Shown: one piece after another, positions 1 to 11,886 of the stretch
Numbering within the stretch: the first letter of the stretch is position 1
How the letters are laid out: every line of letters begins with the position of its first letter
NCBI RefSeq assembly: GCF_001194135.2
Contig: NC_069003.1
Location: forward strand, 26,551,961-26,593,866
DNA: 41,906 nucleotides
Origin: Octopus bimaculoides
Lineage: Eukaryota
Reading direction: 5' to 3'
Program-made: the position numbers and the translations under genes
Notes under the pieces: generated by a model
Seen by the model: only the letters and a program-made list of their open reading frames with translations
Told to the model about the DNA's origin: nothing
Database searches by the model: none

Positions 1-44
<44 letters not shown>

Positions 45-1711
45 TATACTGCTGACGTTCAAAAGAATGTAAGCTCAGAAATATAGGCAGCAGGAGATAT
101 TGTAGTGTTGTGGCATCAATTCCTGTTTGTGCCTAATTTAAGAAAGGAGTGAAAGCTGAGAGTTCAAGCTCTGAAACAAAATTTTTCAAAATATAAGGAG
201 CAATCCTATTCTAAGTCGGTTTTCCTTTTGAGCACACAAAAACAGTTACGAGGATGTTTAAGTCTCGTGGATTTAAAGATTACGATTCACTTTAGTAAAT
301 TTACCAATTTTATTCTCTCAATTATTTTAAAATTTTGTTTCAAACAAGGGTTTAGTTGCTTTTTTCATAACGATGTTTTAAACACCAGATGAGACATTGT
401 TTTCCTTAAATCTTAAATGCCTATTCTTGTTAAAGGTGTTCCCACCGTGATTTTTTTTTTTTTATACCTTTAGTGCCCGCCTCTATTCTAAATACTGCAT
501 ATTTTTGCATACACAAAGGGAACAAATTATTTATCATGTCGAAATATTAAAAAAAAAAAAACCCCTCCAAAATACTAATTAAAAGAAAAATTAGTCTTTA
601 TTACATAATACAAATCTTACTGATTGTTTGACAATGTTAACATGAAAAAAAATGTCCTCATCTAGAAATTTGTTTTTCTTTTAGGCTTCAGACATGTCAG
701 TTTCATTTACACACCTCGTCGGAACCTCCAGACGAAAACTAATAGACATGCTTCGATATACATCATACATATATATATATATACAATGTACTTACAGACA
801 TTCTAATCATATTGATTTACTACATTTTGAAAAACCTATTACAACGTTTATAGACGAGTTGCTAAGAGGGTCAGACAGACAGAGATACACACATACAGAG
901 TAAACAAGGACAGACACCGTAAAATCGATGCAATTAAAATGGCGCTAAGGTAAAAATTAGTAAGAGACCCATTATAAAAAAATAAAAAAGAAAATATAAA
1001 GAAAATACAATCACAATGGGGGAAAGAAATGCCGTTTTCCTCTAGAGTCTGAAATCTTATTCCATGTGCTCCAAAGCTTTTTATCACTATACATATAGAA
1101 ATATTTATATANNNNNNNNNNNNNNNNNNNNNNNNNNNNNNNNNNNNNNNNNNNNNNNNNNNNNNNNNNNNNNNNNNNNNNNNNNNNNNNNNNNNNNNNN
1201 NNNNNNNNNNNNNNNNNNNNNNNNNNNNNNNNNNNNNNNNNNNNNNNNNNNNNNNNNNNNNNNNNNNNNNNNNNNNNNNNNNNNNNNNNNNNNNNNNNNN
1301 NNNNNNNNNNNNNNNNNNNNNNNNNNNNNNNNNNNNNNNNNNNNNNNNNNNNNNNNNNNNNNNNNNNNNNNNNNNNNNNNNNNNNNNNNNNNNNNNNNNN
1401 NNNNNNNNNNNNNNNNNNNNNNNNNNNNNNNNNNNNNNNNNNNNNNNNNNNNNNNNNNNNNNNNNNNNNNNNNNNNNNNNNNNNNNNNNNNNNNNNNNNN
1501 NNNNNNNNNNNNNNNNNTTTAAGTAATGTGAGCATTACCTTAAATATGTTGCCACATTTGTAATATGTCTTTTTTTCTACATTTTTTCGTGCAGCTGAAG
1601 ATTGCTCTTCATATTGCATTTAAGGTAATGCTCACATTACTTAAATAAATTGAAGTAGCATGAAACGTGCGTACTGCAATCACTTTTGAAATCCGTGTTG
1701 CTTATTATTTG

Positions 1712-1748
<37 letters not shown>

Positions 1749-1814
1749 CTTTTTTATAGTAGTCTGACCTTAGAGTCCCTCATGGCGTGAGGCGTTATTA
1801 TATAGTAATGCCCT

Positions 1815-1846
<32 letters not shown>

Positions 1847-3409
1847 TATATGACTATAACAATGCCCTCATTACCACAGTGTTGTAACTGCTGGGGAATT
1901 GGAAAAAGAAAAAATACACTGCATTTATATATACATATATTTAGTGTGTAGACGACCGAACGTAATTGAAAGTTACAAATCAAGTTTTATAATGATTAGT
2001 CAATTAAACAATAACTATTGTGTGCGTGCGTGTGTAGCTGTATGACAAATAATTGAATGACTAAAACCAAAAAAAAAAAAAACAGGTTGATTATTCATTC
2101 CCAGGTTTTAAAAATCGATCGTCAACTTAATCACAAAATACTAAGAAACTTTTAATTTTATTATAATATATATATATATACACACACACATATATATATA
2201 ATATGGTTTTGTGCTTTAACTGTTATATGTATATATTAGAAGACAAATGAAGCTTGGAGCGAATAAACTAGATACTTTTAACATACATGGCTTGCTGCAT
2301 GTGCGTGCGATTGTGTGTATATACATTTTTGTGTATATATACAAGCACTAATAGTGTTAAATTAATTTCTCTTACGGTCTGTAGTCCACCCCGCCGCTAC
2401 CTAAATTAAACCGCGCGCACCACTCGACCGACAAACATCCTAGTGCCCGTCATCCTCAACATTAAATATCAGAAATCGACCGTTTATATATATATATATA
2501 TTTGTATATTTCAGACACTCCGGTTTCGAATCTCGATCGTGGAGGTTTCCAAATGATATTTTGGGATTTTTTTTAAATCGGACAAACTAAACAAGCATTT
2601 TTAAGTACGGGGAAAAAATTTTAAAAAACAAAAAGAAAAATCAAGGCTACAACACAACGAAAAGACTTCTGGTGCTGAGAGTAAGTGAAGGGGAGTTTAT
2701 TAGACGGTAACGTGGTGGTAGCAGCAGCAGCGATAGTGAGAGGGAGGTAACGGGAAGACATGAGAAAGAGGGAGGGAAGGGGAGTCAAGTATGAGTGAGT
2801 CGGCAGCATGTAGTAGTGTGTGTGTGTGTGTGTAACCTTTTGTTTGAGAGCGTGGTTAGTATTACCGTTAAACTTAGTATATAATATTATACTTAACACC
2901 ATTAAATGTCTGATGGCTAAAAAAAAAAAGCTATCTTGCACACATATATAATATATATATCCCCCACATACATTGATAAAGGCAAGCAAAAAAGCCAAAA
3001 CTTCGAAGTCACTGTAGCAACCTTTCCTTTGTAAAAAAGTTAAACATCTTCCGGTTTTATGTTTCATAAGTATCTTTTACATAAAAGCAGACACAAATAA
3101 TTCATAATCGGCAGAGATTACAGTGAAACAAGCGCCGAAAGTTTCGTGTAATTGACAAGGCCAACACACGAAACTCTCCGTTCCTAAGCCACTAGCATCT
3201 ACCGATTATGAAATATATATATATATACACGCGCTTTGAGTTCTATTTTCCCGTTTGCCTTACCAAACCTACCTACATATTTATATATATATATATATAT
3301 AGGCGAAAGTAAAGAATACGTACACGCCGTGTTTTTAAGGTTAGAGGTTTTCGTTACGCCGAAAACGGGTGGTGTATGTATTCTTTACCTCCACCATGTG
3401 TGTAAATAA

Positions 3410-3443
<34 letters not shown>

Positions 3444-3803
3444 GCAGTGATCACTATAGTTAATACACATGATGAAAACTCAAGTGCCCACCATTAGTAC
3501 CCAACTGTAGTAGCTATGGTCATCCGATAGAGTTATGTGAATGTCAATGAAGACAGTAAATAGAGCTGATAGCAATTATATACATACATACATATATATA
3601 TACCGAGGCTATGAACATGATCTATCACACACATACAGCACATAGATATATATATATATATATTAGAGATACGCATAGACAACTCCAGCAGACACCACAA
3701 TGCACGAGGGTGTGAAAATACGATAACTAGTGTTACGTTTAAAAATGGACGACTAAACGAACTAAGGGGAAGAAATTGAGTAGAGCTCTGCTAACTACTA
3801 CAT

Positions 3804-3844
<41 letters not shown>

Positions 3845-4965
3845 TACACACATCACAGCTCTACATCTACAGTGAGAAGAGAGAGTTAAGACTTATAAGT
3901 ATCTCAGAAAAAAAAGATATGAAAGTGAATGTATGTGTATATTTCATATGAATATATATATATATTGTGGATGTTTCTNNNNNNNNNNNNNNNNNNNNNN
4001 NNNNNNNNNNNNNNNNNNNNNNNNNNNNNNNNNNNNNNNNNNNNNNNNNNNNNNNNNNNNNNNNNNNNNNNNNNNNNNNNNNNNNNNNNNNNNNNNNNNN
4101 NNNNNNNNNNNNNNNNNNNNNNNNNNNNNNNNNNNNNNNNNNNNNNNNNNNNNNNNNNNNNNNNNNNNNNNNNNNNNNNNNNNNNNNNNNNNNNNNNNNN
4201 NNNNNNNNNNNNNNNNNNNNNNNNNNNNNNNNNNNNNNNNNNNNNNNNNNNNNNNNNNNNNNNNNNNNNNNNNNNNNNNNNNNNNNNNNNNNNNNNNNNN
4301 NNNNNNNNNNNNNNNNNNNNNNNNNNNNNNNNNNNNNNNNNNNNNNNNNNNNNNNNNNNNNNNNNNNNNNNNNNNNNNNNNNNNNNNNNNNNNNNNNNNN
4401 NNNNNNNNNNNNNNNNNNNNNNNNNNNNNNNNNNNNNNNNNNNNNNNNNNNNNNNNNNNNNNNNNNNNNNNNNNNNNNNNNNNNNNNNNNNNNNNNNNNN
4501 NNNNNNNNNNNNNNNNNNNNNNNNNNNNNNNNNNNNNNNNNNNNNNNNNNNNNNNNNNNNNNNNNNNNNNNNNNNNNNNNNNNNNNNNNNNNNNNNNNNN
4601 NNNNNNNNNNNNNNNNNNNNNNNNNNNNNNNNNNNNNNNNNNNNNNNNNNNNNNNNNNNNNNNNNNNNNNNNNNNNNNNNNNNNNNNNNNNNNNNNNNNN
4701 NNNNNNNATATATATATATATATATATATAGATAAGACAATTAACTTGGAAAATGTTAAAATATACATGGATGATATTTGCCGTAAACCCGTAGAATCAA
4801 ATATTTTAATACATTATATATACACAAAGAGGTCTCAGTGTGTCTGTGTGTATATATATATATATCATCAAAGACTAGAGGTAGTCTGCACAAACAAGAA
4901 TTATATTTATTGGAAAAAGAGCATTTTACAGATTATACTTATACACATTAGTTACGGTATCCATC

Positions 4966-4997
<32 letters not shown>

Positions 4998-5618
4998 AAC
5001 ACAAATGCACAATACTTTTTTTATATTATAAGGAGCAAGACTGCTTAATTATACAGAAATATATACAATGTGAATGGAATGATAGTCTGTGCGACTGGGT
5101 GTATATCGAAGGACAATGCTTATTACACTGGACATCTACACATGCAGGGAGATAAACCTTGATTTGATATCTACTTCCATGTATGTTCTACGTGTGTGAG
5201 TGTGTACATACATGCGTGTGAGTATGTATATATTATTTATACAGTATAAGATATATATATACAGTAGTCTTAATAAATGCTGCACGAGATGATTCACACA
5301 GACATATATTAGAGAAAGTATTTATCTGCATGTACTCAGAAATATGAAGATTATGTAGATGTCTTAATTTGATGTGTGTGTGTGTCTGTGTACATATATG
5401 TGTGTATATATATTATTCAAAGTTATTAAACAATTGTTTCACGTAATATTAATAAACTATCGGCATTCCCCCAAAGTTTGTCTGTATCCGCGTGGGTGTA
5501 AATGTAATTATTATTATAATCATTTATTGTTATTATGTACCCGTGAAACACTGGGTCGATGGAATGAACTAGTCTCAAACACCACCAAATTTCAGGCCTT
5601 GTGTCTTTAGTAGAAGCG

Positions 5619-5657
<39 letters not shown>

Positions 5658-5865
5658 TGTTACTAATTAAGTAATTTGTAATTTCTATTAGCATCTCCCC
5701 AGTTTTCTGATGTCCAAGAAATAGCTGTTATAACAATTAGACAGCAAAACAAATAGGTTTTTCAAACTGAAAACTACAATGGGTGACGAGACAAGGGTGG
5801 TGACGTTGATGGGGGGAGGGTGCGATAAAGGAAAACGTCTAAGGAGACAAGGAGAGGAAACGAAC

Positions 5866-6216
5866 CTGTTCAATAAGGCTGTCGTCACCTGCAGCCCAAC
5901 GTTTGTTACCGTAGTTGGCCAGTTCGGCATCAGTCTGAGGTCTCTGGAAGAAATAACCAACTCTGGCATCGTCTTGAGAACGACTAGCCATGCCATGTTG
6001 TCGCATCCCGCTCATGTCTTGACCACCACCGCCGCCGCCACCACCGTGATGTTGCTGTTGCTGTTGCTGCTGCTGTGGATGATGATGGTGATGATGATGA
6101 TGGTGTTGATGCTGACCACCAGAGTGATGGCCACTACTGTGGTGGCCACCGTTTGTCAACATACCACGGTTAGTGGTGTCCCAGGCTACTTCAGAGGACA
6201 TATTTAAAATGGGCAT
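5866..6216 (-). CDS. pum: Pumilio (PUF-family translational repressor), first coding exon, N-terminal 117 aa
   Basis: Translation contains RSQDDARVGYFFQRP and KRWAAGDD, matching the conserved Pumilio N-terminal motifs (human PUM1 RSQDDAMVDYFFQR...RWPTGD). Ends in EQ|GTTCGT, a phase-0 donor at 5866/5865. Acceptor tttcag at 6250-6245 opens the exon at 6244, and an in-frame TGA lies upstream of ATG 6216. The PUF domain is not in the window. Confidence 0.9.
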
Positions 6217-6343
6217 CCGGGGTTCATTATATCATTTCTCAAGTCTGAAATTTACAAAAAAAATAAGAGACATGGATAGAGATTTAGATACATAAACACA
6301 TGGGTTATATATATAGATATCTATGTATGTATGTGTGTGTATA

Positions 6344-6379
<36 letters not shown>

Positions 6380-7123
6380 AGACGAAAGGCTGTATATATG
6401 TGTTCATATAGTGATATCTACACAGTGAATTGGTGAGATAAATATATATATATACATAGAGAGAGAGAAAGAGTGTGTGTGTGTGTGGAGACCCTAAAAG
6501 AGAGAGGTAGGTTAGGTACACAGACAAGGGACAAATAAATAGAGAAACACGAGTAATTTTAGATGCATAAATACAGATATTGACAGAGATAGATAGATAG
6601 ATAGATAGATATGGAGAGAGAGAGAGAGGAGGGACATATTTGTGAGATACAAATTAGATATATAAAGAATTAATAGAGGAACATTAAATGTGTGTGTGCA
6701 GAGAGAGAGAGATTAGATATAGATAACGCTTGAGAGAGATCAGATATATTTGAGAGGAACAGATTAGAAACACAGAGAGAGAGAGAATGGGAGAGGAACA
6801 TTAGACATGGAAAAGAACAAATTAGCTTGTAGAGGCAGATATAGACAAGACAGATCGAATATGTATACACATATATATATATGTATGTATAAATATATAT
6901 AGAAATTATATTATATGTATGTATAAACGTATACAGAAATTATATAGTGACATCTAACTTCAAATCTTAGTGTTTGAATGTTTCATTTAGAAATTATATA
7001 TATATATATATATATGTGAGCAAGAAAGAGAGAGATTAGAAATTTAATATATATATATGACTATTAGACAGACTAATGCATTTAACACTAGAGAATGTTA
7101 TATAAAGCTATCTACACACACAC

Positions 7124-7155
<32 letters not shown>

Positions 7156-7607
7156 GCACTCACATCTACATTATTATATGCATGCACAAAGAATATTTAA
7201 TATATATACGTATATATATATATTAGATATTCTTTGTGCATGTATATAATGTAGATGTGAGTGTATATATACATATTATATGAGCACGGTTACAAATTAC
7301 CTGATAAATGTAAATGTTTTAACAAGAGATATAAAGAGAGAGACCTAGAGAGAGAGAGAGACAGATATATGTGATACAAAGGAGAAAGACACAGAGGGAG
7401 AATACATGAAAATGACTAATATGTGCAGTTACATGAGTTTGTTATCGACATTTAAAGTGGTGTAAAAAGGGAGAAGAAAGCAGCTATATAACAACATGGC
7501 GGGACATAGAGAATTATAATTGAGAAGAGGAAGACACGTCGTGCTGCTCTGTCTGTCTCTCTATCTATCTTAGTTTGCTCTTGCTCTCTGTATCTCTCCC
7601 TCTTTCA

Positions 7608-7645
<38 letters not shown>

Positions 7646-7648
7646 CAC

Positions 7649-7737
7649 TTCGAAAATAAAAAAATAAAATAATAGCTTTTGTGTGTGTGTGTGTGTGTGT
7701 GTTATTTCAGCTTCGAGTTTTTTGTGGTAGATCAATG
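7649..7737 (-). other. pum: Putative non-coding 5'UTR exon of pumilio
   Basis: Minus-strand acceptor tttctgttttgcag ends at 7738; donor cgaa|GTGAGC at 7649/7648. Splice-signal evidence only. Confidence 0.35.
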
Positions 7738-7967
7738 CTGCAAAACAGAAATATCAATGTACAAAACGAAAGGTCGAACTGTAAAATATCGGGTAGAATG
7801 TTGGCGATGCGAAATTAAAGAAGTTACAAACCGTGATGACATTGGATTAAAAAAAGGATTTGACGCTCGTAATAACAACCACTTCACAACATGGCGAACG
7901 ACATTTGGCAGCCGCAATGCATGACGGGTACCATGTGCTGCTGTTACTGCCGCTGCTGCTTACTCAC

Positions 7968-8200
7968 GAAGATTATGATGAAGAGGAGGAGAAGAAGCAG
8001 AAGAATTATCTGTTGCTACTATACACTCTCTCTCTTAATGATGCTGATGATATTGATGATGATTTTTATGCTGCTTCTGGTGATGTTATTACTGTTGTTA
8101 TTGCTGATAGTGATGCTGCTGTTGCTGTGGAGGATATGAATATAAGACCATGGCAGATCACATGATTCGTAAACCCGGGAAGTTTAGTTCTTTCTACACG
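7968..8200 (-). other. pum: Putative first (5'UTR) exon / TSS region of pumilio
   Basis: Strong minus-strand donor ttc|GTGAGT at 7968/7967, with an overlapping GTAAGC. CpG-retaining, trinucleotide-rich non-TE sequence. The 5' boundary is a guess. Confidence 0.35.
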
Positions 8201-8311
8201 CCATTCCTTTGTTTAGGGATGTTTGCCAATATTTATCATTTTTTTACACTTGTTCCCGAATATTTCTCTCCCCTTTTTCTCTACCTCTCTTTATCTAGGG
8301 CTCGTTATTGT

Positions 8312-8680
8312 TGCTAGCAGAATCGCTAACACGCCGGACAGAATGCTTAGCAGCATTTCGTCCGACCTCACGTTCTGAGTTCAAATTCAGCCGAGGTTGA
8401 TATTTTTGCCCTTCGTCCTTTCGAGGATCGATAAAATAAGTACCAATTGAGCACTGGGGTTGATGTAATCGACTTACCAAACCCCCAAGATTGATAGCCT
8501 AATCGATAAAATAAGTAGTAATTGAGCATTGGGGTCGATGTAATCGTCTTACCAAACCCCCAGGATTGATAGCCTAGTCGATAAAATAGGTTCCAGTTGA
8601 GTTCTTGAGTCGATGTAATCGACGGATCTTCCCCTGAATTTGCTGCCCTTGTACCCCAAATTTGAAATCATTTTTATTAT
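8312..8680 (+). mobile_element. SINE family B (GGCGAGCTGGCAGAA...GAGTTCAAATTCCGCCGAGGTCGAC) with internal 75-bp triplication
   Basis: tRNA-like head with B-box GAGTTCAAATTC; repeated TCGATAAAATAAGTAC unit. Confidence 0.8.
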
Positions 8681-9819
8681 AGAAACCATAATTATTATTA
8701 TTGAATTCCACTCATACCCACAATATATTACAGGTATGTAAAATGACTCCAGTATTTGACTGCTACTTTATTTTATTAATACTGGAAGGAGAAAAGTTGG
8801 CCTCTGGGATTTGAACTCAGATCGTAAAGGGCTTTGAATACCGCAGGAATGGGCGAGTTGGACGTTCTAACAACTGTGCCAGCAACAATATATATGACTG
8901 GTGTTTTATCAAACCAACGAAAAGAGGATTTCTATGTGATTGCTCAGGTTGCTAGAAATAGCAGCCAAATCACTCAAATTACACCCTATTCTCTTAAATT
9001 AAGGTAGGAACACATTGGATAATGTAGACGAAGTTAACTCTTTAAAACCCACGTGATGGTCACGGCCTTTCATCATAGGTTTGCTCATTTAAGATAGAGC
9101 TGAAGCATAACAACTTATGCTTTGTCTTCAACTCTGTGGAATTTAAATAAAGGATTATCAAATTAAATATTACTGACTTGCCGAGCCTGTTAACCACCGC
9201 CCTCAATAATCATTAGCAGAGGTACAATGTTAGGGTTTTTATCAGGGAGATCAATAAGATCGATCTTCTCGGTACTTGACTCGCCCTTAATTTTAAACTA
9301 CTTCAAGGAGATTTGAACTCACAGACGTTTAGCAATCTCTGCGAATAATTTCCTATCGAATCTGCCATAAACCGTTTTATAAATTTAGAATTTCTTACAT
9401 AAGTTACAAGGTCACAGGGATGGGCGAGTTGATAAAAAGGAAATTCTCTTCACAATTGCGATGTTAGATCACAAGACATTACAATCTTGGGCAAGTGACT
9501 TTTAGTATAAGACTCGATTCAACTCTACACAAACATCGGGTGTTAAATTGTGTACACAGAAACTATAGAAGCTATATATAGAGAACTATACAAAATAATT
9601 GTCTCTGTTCTTCAAAGGACCGTATTTGTCACATATTGCCATGGTGGTTTTTTGCCTTCGGATTACATTAAGGCTACACCTGTCTGGAATATTCAGCCAC
9701 ATTCATTTAGTGGACAGATAGTTCGGTTTGTGTATGTGTGTATTAATCGGTTGAAAAGTGACTCGAGGGCTGAGAGTTTCGAGCATGATGTTTACCGGAA
9801 ATCTCATATATCTTCAATT

Positions 9820-10170
9820 TTTTACTTGTTTCAGACATGACTATGGCCATGCTGGAGCACCACCTTGAAGAATTATTTAGTCGAATGAATCGACCCCTCC
9901 AAGACTTATGTTTGCTTAAGCCTGGTACTCATTCTATCGGTGTATTTTGCCAAACTGCTAGGTTACGGGGACGTAAACACACCAGCACTGGTTGTCAAGC
10001 GGTGGTGGAGAACAGACACACACACACACACGAGGGGCTTCTTTCAGCTTCCGTTTACCAAATCCACTCACGTAGCTTTGGTCATCCCGAAGCTATTGTA
10101 GCAGACACTTACCCAAGGTTCCATGCAGTGGGACTGAACCCGGAACAATGTGGTTGGGAAGCAGGCTTCT
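9820..10170 (-). mobile_element. SINE family A (tRNA-like head GGCGCAGGAGTGGCTGTGTGGTAAG...GGTTCAGTCCC)
   Basis: Multi-copy in the window with Pol III A/B-box-like head and internal CA/AT microsatellite. May be one of the octopus OR/OK SINEs (not verified). Confidence 0.8.
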
Positions 10171-10207
10171 TGCAACACAGTCACTCCTGCGTCTCTCTTT
10201 CTCCCTC

Positions 10208-10240
<33 letters not shown>

Positions 10241-10299
10241 ATATATATAATGTGTGTGTGTGTGTGTACATATTGTATGTATATACACTCTTTTTCTCT

Positions 10300-10702
10300 T
10301 TTACTTGTTTCAGTTATTTGACTGCGGCCATGCTGGAGGACCACCTTTAGTCGAGCAAATCGACCCCCAGGACTTGTTCTTTGTAAGCCTAGTACTTATT
10401 CCATCGGTCTCTTCTGCCGAACCGCTAAGTTACGGGGACATAAACACACCAGCATCGGTTGTCAAGCGATGCTGCGGGGACAAACACAGACACACAAACA
10501 TATATACAAACACATACATATACATATATATATGTATATATATGTGACGGGCTTCTTTCAGCTTCCGTCTACCAAATCCACTCACAGGGCTTTGGTCGGC
10601 CCGAGGTTATAGTAGAAGACACTTGCCCAAGGTGCCACGCAGTGGGACTGAACCCAGAACCATGTGGTTGGTAAACAAGCTACTTACCACACAGCCACTC
10701 CT
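10300..10702 (-). mobile_element. SINE family A, full length
   Basis: Homologous to the other family A copies. Confidence 0.85.
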
Positions 10703-10994
10703 ACACACTCAAGTTTTAGTTCTCTTTCTCTTATTTGTTCTTCCCCAACCTATTTATAAATATGTGTTGAAACATCGCCCATGTATATGCATGTGTGTGC
10801 TCGCGCGCTTGTATATATATATTATATCCAAGTTCAGGGTTCGATCATATTTGCAACGTTAACTTAACGATTTGACCGTTCAACTCATCGGAGAACTGAA
10901 GGATCTTCGTCGAAACCGGCGGAGGATCTTTCACAAAAGACCACCCGTTCTCCAATGAGAGCATACTCGATTATATATTTATTTCATTATTGCG

Positions 10995-11385
10995 TACAGG
11001 GGTTTAAACATATAGGGGGCAGATAAGGACAGACAAAGGGATTAAGTCGATTACATCGACCTCAGAGCGTAACTGGTACTTATTTAATCGACCCCGAAAG
11101 GTTAACACCGCTAAAAGTACCGGATTTATCGATCTTGTAAATATATAAAGTCTGCTAAGTCGATCTCGGCGGGGATTTGAACTCAGAGTACAAAGAATAA
11201 GGAAATAAAATATATCTAGGCTTTATATGTAAACATTTGCTGTTGTTGTTATTACTTAGTCAAAGGTTAAGACGGCGAGCTGGCAGAATCGGTGCGTCGC
11301 ACAAAATGTTTAGTGGCATTTCTTCATGCTTCTTACGTTCCGAGTTCAAATTCCGCCGTGGTCAACTTTGTGCAGTCAATAATTT
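10995..11385. mobile_element. Two SINE family B copies, divergent (about 10995-11190 minus, 11272-11385 plus)
   Basis: Homologous to the other family B copies. Confidence 0.7.
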
Positions 11386-11849
11386 TATATCTATATTTAT
11401 GGAAAAAGGTTTTCTTCTTTTCTAATTTGCTTCTGTTTCATCTTATTCAAATAATTCACCCATGATTTATTTTATCATTAACTAATTAAATTTTAATTGA
11501 TTTGATTTTTTAAAATAAAATTTACATATATAGATGTAAATTTTAATTAATTTAAATGTTGTTATTTCTTTCCTCTTATTCATTATTCTTTGTATAATTA
11601 CTGATCCAGAATTTATAATTTTTGTTTTGACATTTATTCTTGCTATGATTATTTTAATTATTTTGTTAATTATAATATTAAACACATTAATTATATAATA
11701 TAAAAAGATGATTATATTCCTAATTTGCATATTCAGAAAGGTCACACAGCTTTCTATTCCAGTCAAATATCATATTATTTTTCATTATCTATTATATATC
11801 TAATTAAATACTTAAGTAATGCAGAGAGGAATTTTTTCTGTGTGTTATA

Positions 11850-11886
<37 letters not shown>

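Noticed and set aside
715-749. Possible alternative pumilio micro-exon MSISFRLEVPT on the minus strand with AG|GTGTGT
   Set aside because: It ends in phase 2 while the first coding exon ends in phase 0; weak donor and no homology.
1011-5048. ORFs spanning N-gaps (also at 12368-12765, 23210-23802, 26116-26804, 33250-34300 and 36477-36842)
   Set aside because: Artefacts of X-translated gaps and AT/AG microsatellites.
5688-6207. ORFs 5779-6207 (+) and 5688-5996 (-) overlapping the pumilio exon
   Set aside because: Shadow frames of GC-rich, trinucleotide-rich coding sequence; no recognisable motifs.
9837-10862. ORFs such as ...GLLSASVYQIHS...GLNPEPCGW recurring at many loci
   Set aside because: Translations of SINE family A; non-coding repeats often mis-annotated as hypothetical proteins.
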